This document shows, piece after piece, positions 13,601 through 25,600 of a stretch of 64,000 nucleotides of DNA (positions within the stretch are counted from its first letter, which is position 1; every line of letters starts with the position of its first letter). This DNA comes from Ylistrum balloti (lineage: Eukaryota), in NCBI RefSeq assembly GCF_031769215.1, contig NW_026782099.1:186001-250000 (forward strand), read 5' to 3'. Position numbers and translations under genes: made by a program. Under the pieces are notes generated by a model. The model was given only the letters and a program-made list of their open reading frames with translations, did not search any database and had not been told where the DNA came from.

Positions 13601-16600
13601 AGAATTTTAAGGGCAAGGGTTTTGATTGGTTTAATTTTTCATAGTAATTCGGCCAGGATCAAGCATATTTTAAACTTAGGATAGCATGAGATATTTATGT
13701 TCTCTTGTACATGTGTATAAATTCAGGTGCCATAAACTGGTAGGGTCACTTTTCTCTCTCTCTCTCTCTCTCTTTCTCCCTCTCTCCCTCTCTGACTGAA
13801 TAAGTACTGGTAGGTAGGAGTTGGGCTGTGACTATGGCTAGGTAACAAACAATGCTGGGTGTAGTATTAGGCTAACTGTCAAGATATTTGAATTGTTAAC
13901 TACTTATTACGTAGTCATCATTAGGAGATGTGAGAAGTCTGTGTATGAAATTAGTTATTGATTGTTATGCCTTTGCCTATTGTTTTGTACAATAAATGTT
14001 AAATGTTTCCTCAAATCAATCATAGAACTAATAACTGCTATCTGATAAGGAAGCTCATTTGTAATCCTCAAACTCTGTTCTTGTTGTGATGTGTATACAA
14101 TGTGTTATTTAAACATTGTCTTTAAATGACCAATAAGAATACTCCAGGTATAGGCTGTGACCACTATGTTACTCTGAATGATGTAACCAATGTGACCTTC
14201 AATAAGCTGACTAACGGTCAGTTGTAAAGTTAAATATTGATTATACCTGATAGCTATCTAATCTACCTGGTAATGTTAGATCATCATGTTAAGGTGGATT
14301 ACCTAATATTTGATCAGAAAACTTCCACAGGAGAATTCATTAGTATACAAACCTTAACAAAGTGCTGGTCATTCTTTAAGACATGTAATTTTGTACTGGG
14401 TGATCACAACCTGTGTTGATACTAGAGGTAAACACTATACTTATGTACACACAGAGAAGTACATTAGTTTCCACAGCAGGTGTCCAGATTTACACCTGTG
14501 ATACAACATGCCATTACCTGAAAAGTGAACTTTATATGAATATATTGGCTGACACCATCAAATGTTACATTTTCAATAATGGGCTATTTTGTGTGCGTGA
14601 TATTGTAATGTGGAACATTATGTTGTATTTCACACCATAAACAGGATGTACTTATCTGGAAATGGTACACTCTATCACTTATATCCCTTTATAGGTTAAT
14701 CAATATGTTTAGTGAGGGACTGTCCAGAGAATAGACATGTAATAGGTTCTCTTCAGCCAATGTGTTCTGAATTGCATGTTGATACTGCAATGAATGTGCT
14801 CTATAGTGTGCCAGCATCGTTTATATCCGGTGACAGTGGTCTACAGGGATTTCGGGATGAAGGGCTAACCCCCAGTGCATGCCAGGGCGCAATATAGCAT
14901 GCTAGGTATTTTGTATCTAATTGCGGTGATTAGGGAGATCAAATTGTTGATCAGCAGTCTGTGAAATACACCAGTGATAACTGGATGTCAGGAAATCAAT
15001 AACAAATGTCTTCATCTCCCCTACATCAGGGAACTCTTCTATCCATTGTGTTGTACACAGTATAGCATTGTCATTACTCTGCTACATATTTGTTAATAGA
15101 GAAGCTGAGGACATGTTAGATACAGAGGTTGAAGAATGGCCCGGCCATCTGTACTTACTGTGTTGGATTAGGTCATGTAATAATGCAATGTTATTATGGA
15201 TTCATCAATTATATATGTAACTTAGGGTGTTGTGTCTATGTGTGAGACATGGCCACCTGTTTACTGTATATAAGGAAAACTTGTGTGTGACCCTGGCATT
15301 CTGGTAAGTAACATTGTGAGTAATATCTCCTTTGTTTCTTTGTGTTTAATGTGTTTATCTTTACAAACTAATCAATCATCTACTATAATGAGAACAGATA
15401 CATCAACATAACATGTAATGGTGCCTAAAAGAAAGAGATACATCAACATGGTGTGAAATTGATGTTAAGTTGGCAAATACAACAAAACAATACAGCTCTA
15501 GTGAAATCTAGTGGTACAACAGATATCAACATTGCATACTAAATGTGATAGAAAATTCATGTTGTACCGTGATATCAGGTGTCTGTATAAGTATGGTGTG
15601 TCCAGTGATATCAGGTGTCTGTATAAGTATGGTGTTCAGTGATATCAGGTGTCTGTATAAGTATGGTGTACAGTGATATCAGGTGTCTGTATAAGTATGG
15701 TGTTCAGTGATATCAGGTTTCTGTATAAGTATGATGTCCAGTGATATCAGGTGTCTGTATAAGTATGGTGTGTACAGTGATATCAGGTGTCTGTATAAGT
15801 ATGGTGTCCAGTGATATCAGGTGTCTGTATAAGTATGGTGTCCAGTGATATCAGGTGTCTGTATAAGTATGGTGTTCAGTGATATCAGGTGTCTGTATAA
15901 GTATGGTGTTCAGTGATATCAGGTGTCTGTATATGTATGGTGTGTACAGTGATATCAGGTGTCTGTATAAGTATGGTGTTCAGTGATATCAGGTGTCTGT
16001 ATAAGTATGGTGTTCAGTGATATCAGGTGTCTGTATAAGTATGGTGTACAGTGATATCAGGTGTCTGTATAAGTATGGTGTTCAGTGATATCAGGTGTCT
16101 GTATAAGTATGGTGTACAGTGATATCAAGTGTCTGTATTAGTATGATATCCAGTGATATCAGATGTCTGTTTAAGTATGATGTCCAGTGATATCGGGTGT
16201 CTGTATAAGTATGGTGTACAGTGATATCAGGTGTGTGTATAAGTATGGTGTAAAGTGATATCAGGTGTCTGTATAAGTATGGTGTTCAGTGATATCAGGT
16301 GTCTGTATAAGTATGGTGTACAGTGATATCAGGTGTGTGTTTAAGTATGGTGTCCAGTGATATCAGGTGTCTGTATAAGTATGGTGTACAGTGATATCAG
16401 GTGTGTGTATAAGTATGGTGTACAGTGATATCAGGTGTCTGTATAAGTATGGTGTCCAGTGATATCAGGTGTCTGTATAAGTATGATGTCCAGTGATATC
16501 AAGTGTCTGTATTAGTATGATATCCAGTGATATCAGATGTCTGTTTAAGTATGATGTCCAGTGATATCAGGTGTCTGTATAAGTATGGTGTCCAGTGATA

Positions 16601-19600
16601 TCAGGTGTCTGTATAAGTATGGTGTCCAGTGATATCAGGTGTCTGTATAAGTATGATGTCCAGTGATATCAGGTGTCTGTATAAGTATGGTGTCCAGTGA
16701 TATCAGGTGTCTGTATAAGTATGGTGTCCAGTGATATCAGGTGTCTGTGTGTATAGTGTCCAGTGATATCAGGTGTCTGTATAAGTATGGTGTACAGTGA
16801 TATCAGGTGTCTGTATAAGTATGATGTCCAGTGATATCAGGTGTCTGTATAAGTATGGTGTCCAGTGATATCAGGTGTCTGTATAAGTATGGTGTCCAGT
16901 GATATCAGGTGTCTGTATAAGTATGGTGTACAGTGATATCAGGTGTCTGTATAAGTATGGTGTCCAGTGATATCAGGTGTCTGTATAAGTATGGTGTTCA
17001 GTGATATCAGGTGTCTGTATAAGTATGGTGTACAGTGATATCAGGTGTCTGTATAAGTATGGTGTCCAGTGATATCAGGTGTCTGTGTAAGTATAGTGTC
17101 CAGTGATATCAGGTGTCTGTATAAGTATGGTGTCCAGTGATATCAGGTGTCTGTATAAGTATGATGTCCAGTGATATCAGGTGTCTGTATAAGTATGGTG
17201 TCCAGTGATATCAGGTGTCTGTATAAGTATGGTGTCCAGTGATATCAGGTGTCTGTGTAAGTATAGTGTCCAGTGATATCAGGTGTCTGTATAAGTATGG
17301 TGTCCAGTGATATCAGGTGTCTGTGTAAGTATGATGTCCAGTGATATCAGGTGTCTGTGTAAGTATAGTGTCCAGTGATATCAGGTGTCTGTATAAGTAT
17401 GGTGTGTACAGTGATATCAGGTGTCTGTATAAGTATGGTGTACAGTGATATCAGGTGTGTGTATAAGTATGGTGTACAGTGATATCAGGTGTCTGTATAA
17501 GTATGGTGTCCAGTGATATCAGGTGTCTGTATAAGTATGATGTCCAGTGATATCAGGTGTCTGTATAAGTATGGTGTCCAGTGATATCAGGTGTCTGTAT
17601 AAGTATGGTGTCCAGTGATATCAGGTGTCTGTGTAAGTATAGTGTCCAGTGATATCAGGTGTCTGTATAAGTATGGTGTACAGTGATATCAGGTGTCTGT
17701 AGAAGTATGATGTACAGTGATATCAGGTGTCTGTATAAGTATGATGTACAGTGATATCAGGTGTCTGTATAAGTATGGTGTCCAGTGATATCAGGTGTCT
17801 GTATAAGTATGATGTACAGTGATATCAGGTGTCTGTATAAGTATGGTGTCCAGTGATATCAGGTGTCTGTATAAGTATGGTGTCCAGTGATATCAGGTGT
17901 CTGTATAAGTATGATGTACAGTGATATCAGGTGTCTGTATAAGTATGATGTCCAGTGATATCAGGTGTCTGTGTAAGTATAGTGTCCAGTGATATCAGGT
18001 GTCTGTATAAGTATGGTGTCCAGTGATATCAGGTGTCTGTATAAGTATGATGTCCAGTGATATCAGGTGTCTGTATAAGTATGGTGTCCAGTGATATCAG
18101 GTGTCTGTATAAGTATGATGTCCAGTGATATCAGGTGTCTGTGTAAGTATAGTGTCCAGTGATATCAGGTGTCTGTATAAGTATGGTGTCCAGTGATATC
18201 AGGTGTCTGTGTAAGTATAGTGTCCAGTGATATCAGGTGTCTGTGTAAGTATAGTGTCCAGTGATATCAGGTGTCTGTATAAGTATGGTGTCCAGTGATA
18301 TCAGGTGTCTGTATAAGTATGGTGTCCAGTGATATCAGGTGTCTGTATAAGTATGGTGTGTACAGTGATATCAGGTGTCTGTATAAGTATGGTGTCCAGT
18401 GATATCAGGTGTCTGTATAAGTATGTGTGTACAGTGATATCAGGTGTGTGTAGTGTCCAGTGATATCAGGTGTCTGTATAAGTATGGTGTGTACAGTGAT
18501 ATCAGGTGTCTGTATAAGTATGATGTCCAGTGATATCAGGTGTCTGTATAAGTATGGTGTGTACAGTGATATCAGGTGTCTGTATAAGTATGATGTCCAG
18601 TGATATCAGGTGTCTGTATAAGTATGGTGTGTACAGTGATATCAGGTGTCTGTATAAGTATGGTGTGTACAGTGATATCAGGTGTCTGTATAAGTATGAT
18701 GTCCAGTGATATCAGGTGTCTGTATAAGTATGGTGTGTACAGTGATATCAGGTGTCTGTATAAGTATAGTGTCCAGTGATATCAGGTTTCTGTATAAGTA
18801 TGATGTCCAGTGATATCAGGTGTCTGTATAAGTATGGTGTGTACAGTGATATCAGGTGTCTGTATAAGTATGGTATCCAGTGATATCAGGTGTCTGTATA
18901 AGTATGGTGTGTACAGTGATATCAGGTGTCTGTATAAGTATGGTGTGTACAGTGATATCAGGTGTCTGTATAAGTATGATGTCCAGTGATATCAGGTGTC
19001 TGTATAAGTATGGTGTGTACAGTGATATCAGGTGTCTGTATAAGTATGGTGTCCAGTGATAAGTGTTAAGTGATATCAAGAGTATATGTTAGTACATGTT
19101 TGATAATGTTGTATACAAGATATCTCATGGACATATAGACAGATTTAGTTTATATTCACACCTTAGTATCACCCCACCAAGGTCTATATCATAATAGATT
19201 TTGGTGATAATCACTTAAGTTTTAAGGTCAAAGATCACCCTTGACTATAGATTTTGATCAGAAGAATAGAAATATGGGGACAGTGGTATATGTGAGTCCC
19301 TGCTCTGAATACATTCTGTATTCGGAATTCACATTTATTTGAGGGGTATATGAACTACTTACAATAATTAATCTCATCAGAGATAACTCATAAATGTCTA
19401 GTATTTTGTTACTGTTTTTATGTCTCATTTGATCAGATGATACTTTATAATACACAAAAGATACCATGTTTAGTAAAAGGAACATAATAATATAAAGCAA
19501 TTCATAGGGTTTCCTCCCGACAACTTATCACAGATATACTTCAATTATACCAGGAAGTGCAATGTACTTTTCAACTTGAACTGATGAATGATTTACGAAA

Positions 19601-22600
19601 GGAATTCTTCAGAACCTCCAGCCGCTTGATTCTATTTGATTTTTTTATTATTTTTTTTTTTTTATTGTATCTTTGAAATGTACTAGTTGTTGTTTCAAGC
19701 ATATGAGTAGCACCTTCCTTATATTACTGTGAGTTTTATTGCTAGAAGCATTCATGGTATTCCGTTGGGATTGGATGATATTTATTGGATAAGACACCTG
19801 TTTGGATTAAGAAAGTCACATGAATATTTGATCAGTGAGTTTGATATGGTAGGTACATCATACCAAGTGATTGTATAGGATGTATCTTTTGTGCTTTACA
19901 CAAACAAGGCTTCCATAAGCTTACCATATGTTTGGGAATATTAACACAGATTGTTGGCATATTCTGTGGTAATTTTGACTGAAGAATGTATCTTTATCCG
20001 CTAACCAAAATAAAGCCCATTTAGAATTAAAATCTAGGATGATATGTATCATGAAAATAAATCTTTATCTTTATCATCTATAATTTTGTTTGTTGCTCAT
20101 CTAATTGAAACACACTTAACTGCTTCTTATTGTTAACTAGAAGGCCTTGGATGCTGATATTTAGCCAGTATCTTTTTGGCATCAAGTGTAACAAAATTTG
20201 CAGACAAATAACTTTCACCTATATTCAAGGTAATGGTGATCAAATATGCTTAGATGCTCAAACCACTTCTTATTTATCAAAAGGTCTATGGTGATAATAT
20301 TTAGACAGGTATAGCTTGCTGGTGTTGAAGGTTACAGAGTTTGTGAAAAGCAGTGACCTTGGCCTGCAAATGTACAGTGTCATAGGGTTCATAATGGTCA
20401 AATTGATTAAAGTATTTAAATGGCTTCTTCTAATAAACCATAATTCCTAGAAGTGTTACAGGAATGAAGTGCAGTGTGGCACCCATGGCAGCCATTTGAT
20501 AACAGGATTGTGTGATAATGGTACTGCAAAACAATACCTATTTTCAAACTTCTTCTCAAGTCTTACCTCTGGAATTAAGTTAAACTTGCTTGAAATGATC
20601 ATGAGTTGGTCCAGACCAAGTGTTGTTATTTTTTGGGTCAGTGGAAAATCCAAAATGGCTACCATGGCTGCCATCTTAAAAAACACATTTCTGACATCTT
20701 CTCAAGTGCCAATGGTGCCATTTTGAAGAAAAGTGGTTAGCATATAAAGGAAAGGAATCTGTCAAAGTGTTGTTATTTTTCAGCCTCATCAAAAGTTCAG
20801 TATGGCAGCTATGTCAGCAATTTTGTAAAATGATATGCCCAATCATGGTTTCCCTGAACATCTTCATTTATAGACTTCTTCTCATGTTTCAAGTGGTATT
20901 CAGCTCACACTTGCCAGAAATTATCCAGAGATGTTCCCAGCCAAGTATTGTTATTTTTTGGGTCAATCTGAAATCCATCATTGCTGCCACCGATGCCATT
21001 TAAAAAACACATTTTTAATGTTTTTCCATGTTTCTGGCGCCATTAAGCTAGAGTAAAGGGTGTCATTTGTCTTAACTTGTAAAATATTCTGCACTGCTTT
21101 AATAATCTGATAACTTTTCCTATATCAGATTTTATAGTCAGGTGACCTTTAAGGCCCATGTGCCTCTTGTTGGACTAAAAAGTACTGATTTCTGGGCATT
21201 TTGTTTTACAGATATCTCTGGTTTTTCAGTTGTGTAATTCAAGTTACGTAGCTTCCTTGACTTCAAATCAGAAATGATTATCACAAATGTACACACTTTG
21301 ATTGGTCATTTGTCCTTTTATTATTTTAAAAGGCTACGTTTTTGTGATTTTTGACAGAGATAAGAAAGCTTAGACATGTTGCAGATCAGAAGTGATCAAT
21401 ACAACTTGAGAAGGATATTTGTCTGTAGCTCTGTTTGGCACTTTGCCATATTTAATCATCTAGACGGGTAAATCAGCTGCTATCTTCTGTGCACAGTTTT
21501 GCAAAATATCCTGAAACATAGAAAAGGATGATAATATTGATGGATATACTAGACTGACACTTTGACAGCTTGGTGGACAAGTGCTTGATTTTAGATGATA
21601 CAGCTCAAATCAGACAGCTATGAATGCCTTTCACTAAATGACAGGACGGCACGAAATTGTTCATTTGTAGTTGTCTGGATTAAATGCAGAACAGCTTCAA
21701 TATCACAAATCAGTATCACAGATCAATATCACAATTCAATATCACAAATCAGTATCACAGATCAATATCACAAATCAGTATCACAAATCAATATCACAAA
21801 TTAGTATCACAAATCAATATCACAGATTAATATCACAGATCAATATCATAGATCAATATAACAAATCAATATGACAGATCAATATGACAGATCAATATGA
21901 CAAATCAATATCACAGATCAATATCACAATAAATATTATAGATCAATATTGCAAATCTTTATCACTATCATTATCCACAAATCACCCTCACTGATCAATT
22001 TTACAGATCAATATTATTTTGTAATAGAAATTAGTAGACGATAAAAAAATTTACATTGTGTATTGACCATGGGCTGTTGAAGTTAAAGGACATATACTAG
22101 GGGAAAAAGAAATGATGCACCAATAAATTGTTAATGACAATGAAAATACAAAGACAATCAAGATTATTATCCTAGCCAAACATGTAATGATGAAGGAATC
22201 TAAGGGATCATGATCTAACTCACTTTACAAGGAGATACCTGGAATATGAGAGGGTTCCCTATGGATATAAATGTAAGTAAAGCATTAACGTCACATGGAC
22301 TTCACCAGATTACAGAGAAATATGTAAGGGATTGCAGATCCTTACCTTGTCTAAGTTCCTCCAGTGTCACCTGTGTTGATTTAACACATAGCACTGAGAC
22401 CATTCCATCTTGTCACACACATGCACTGTAGATGAAAAGCCAGTGAAAACAACAAAAGGATGTCGTAATTTTTGTCTTGAAGACTTACTGACAGCACTGG
22501 CTTATGTTGTGTTGTTGCACCATAATGTTGCTGGACATTTATAAAGGGCATATCATAAAACTGCATGACAATTTCCCTGTAACAAACACCAATTAAATTT

Positions 22601-25600
22601 CTGAAAATGATGGTTCTGACGAGCTGAAATCCATCCCACACCATGACACTTCAGCATCATAAAATCTATCTCACAACAGCAGACCTTTAGACAAGTGTCA
22701 CAACTATGTAGTGAAATCTGGATATGTCTGTGAACACCATTTCATTTAGGTATCTGTAAGTACCTTTGACAGAATTTTAACCCACTTTATGGTAACATCA
22801 TATTAAAATTAGATATTCTGACATTTAAACTTTTTCTCTCCATGTGTGTTGTTGACTACTAGTTTTCGATAAAGGGAATCTTTTGTTGCATTTTTGCTTT
22901 CTAAGTAATTTTCCGTTTTGCTAAGAAGACAAAACTAAAATCTAGACTAAAGTCTAATATCTAATCTGCTATACATCTTTATTTAAGAACAAATTTAACT
23001 CTTAACAAAAAGGTAAAGTTATGTGCATGTTTCCCATTTACAGTCCACTGAAGACTTTTGAAACAGTCATGATACCTATTTAAAATATCTTTCACATTTT
23101 GGCTGAAACTAGACAAAATCCATTATATCTGTGGAGTAGAATGTTTTCTTACATTGATGATAAAGAAGTGCCTCTTATTATTTAATTGCCAGCTCCTTTA
23201 CCATTACGGGAAAACCTCTTTGATTGATTTCACTGGGATAGTAGTATCACTTCTAAGAAATTTCCTGCTTCTGTACTGATACAGGAAAACAGCCTCATGT
23301 TATTTCTCTCCTACTGCGAAACACGTTTGCGGGGGATATTAATTTGGGCTCTGTGCAAATGTGTCTGTCCGAGGGCTTTTCCAGGCTGTAACTTCAAATC
23401 CATTCAACTCAACCATTCAAAACTTACTGTTAAATTAAGTTGGTGCCCTAGTCGTGCCTTTTGCTATTGATTACATTTCATTTTTTATATTTTTTTCTGT
23501 TTCCATGGAAACAGTCAAAAAACACAAAATTAGTGTTTACTTTCCTTTCCAGACTACAACCTCAAAACTATTCCACTCAACATTACAAAACATTCTGTAT
23601 ATATTAGGTTAGTGCCTTAGTTTAAAAAAAAACTTTCTGTTACCATGGAAACAGATAACCCTCATCACAAATTTCAGTTTTTCTGGTCCAGTGCTCTAAA
23701 ACCTTTGAACATAATTGCTCAAAACTTTTTACACATATTAAGCTAGTAATATCTTTTGCTGTTGGGAAGTTCTCTATTTAAATACTTTTTCTGTTACCAT
23801 GGAAACAGATAAGCTAATTTACAAAGTTAATTTTTTTTCAGACCAGTTCTCTTAAACTGTTCAAGGTAATTACCTGGTACTCAAAACTTTGTACAGTCAT
23901 CAAGCTAGTATTCTAGTAGAAGTTCTCCATTTCAACACTTTGTATGGAACAATTAAAAATAACAAATAGAAATTAAACTTTTTGTAATATTAACATATTC
24001 ATATGATTATGTACCTTTCTCTGAAACAGCGGGGTACGGGGGATAATGTTATGCTTTGTGTTATCATATTGTGATATCACACATGGCCATCTAGATGGCT
24101 GATCGCCCAGTGTGACCATTCTGTATCCATTCTGTGATCAAGACTGTATTAAGTTCAGATGAACACCTATTAGTGCTGTATAACATCATTCTGAGACATT
24201 TCTACTAGAATCTAGTCTGTAAGCTTTAGCATCACAATAAGAAAAAGCTTGTCAAACTACAGATGATTTTTTAGTAAAGGTCACACCTAAAGAAAACCCT
24301 TCTTGTATAAAAAATGTTCATATATCAACTACCTAAATGAAAGGTTTCAATATGTACAAAACAGAACTCTGTACAGACAACACACAGGACACAGGTGCCA
24401 TTCATACAAAATCTCTTGACGATGTGGTCTTGAGGGTTTCCATATGTACTACCTAAACTAAACTCAGTACAGACAACACACAGGTACAAAATCTCTTGAT
24501 GTGTAATGCTTATGAACATTGTCATTCGTGTCAAATTTAATATTATACATGTTGTAATATTTGACTTTTTATCACAGTTTTAGAGACATTTGTAGTTGTA
24601 TTCCTCCGTCAATATACCCATTGCATATGATGTGTTAACGGTTTGATAGTACATATCTCCTACACATAACCTGGAGCTCAGTGTAATTTATCCATATGAC
24701 TTTGTTGTTATACCTGAGCTGACATATACTTCTGGCCAACAATGATTAGCTTTAGCATTATGTATACTATGTGCCTCTGAAATAATTGAAATAAAGAAGT
24801 TTCACTGTACTGTCATTGAAGTTGATGTTACCTGTAGTTCATATTGGAAAAAAACATGTAACAAGATTAATATGTCAATGTTAAGAAAAAATTAGAACCA
24901 GATAGCCTGCAGGGTCAAAGTTCAATACATCCCTCTTAAGGTGAAGATTTGAAAAGATCTCTTTTTATCCAGTACCAGATAGTTTGCAGGGTCAAAGTTC
25001 AATACATCCCTCTTAAGGTGAAGATTTGAAAAGATCTCTTTTTATCCAGTACCAGATAGTTTGCAGGGTCAAAGTTCAATACATCCCTCTTAAGGTGCAG
25101 ATTTGAAAAGATCTCTTTTTATCCAGTACCAGATAGTCTGCAGGGTCAAAGTTCAATACATCCCTCTGTAAGTGCAAATGTCAATACATCTCTTTACATC
25201 CAGAACATGATAGAAAGCAGGGTCAAAGTTCAATACATCCCTCTAAGAGACAAATTTTAATAGATCCCTCTAAAGCCCATACTACCAGATAGTGAGTAGG
25301 GGAAATTTTTATACATTTCTCAAATGCCCATAAAACAACATATTCTGTAGGACAAATTTTAAAAGATTCCTCTAAACCCCATGGAACCCAATAGCCTACA
25401 GGAGACATTTTTTGATGCTTTAAAATGTATAGCCCCTGTGTAATACACATACATTTATAATATCAGTGATACAGTGAAATAGATCAGTAGCAGTGAGTAG
25501 TCTGGCTGTGTCACTAATACTATTATCTATTTAATCATATTTCTTCAAGTTTAGGATATTTGGTATTCATGCTATGAAAGCATTATCAGTCATGGACCTG

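Noticed and set aside
15564-19060. Regularly spaced repeats as a CRISPR array (also other arrays)
   Set aside because: No unique spacers, no cas genes, eukaryotic intron context
15564-19060. About 100 CAG|GT motifs as recursive splice sites in the long intron
   Set aside because: No polypyrimidine tract upstream and poor donor (GTGTCT)
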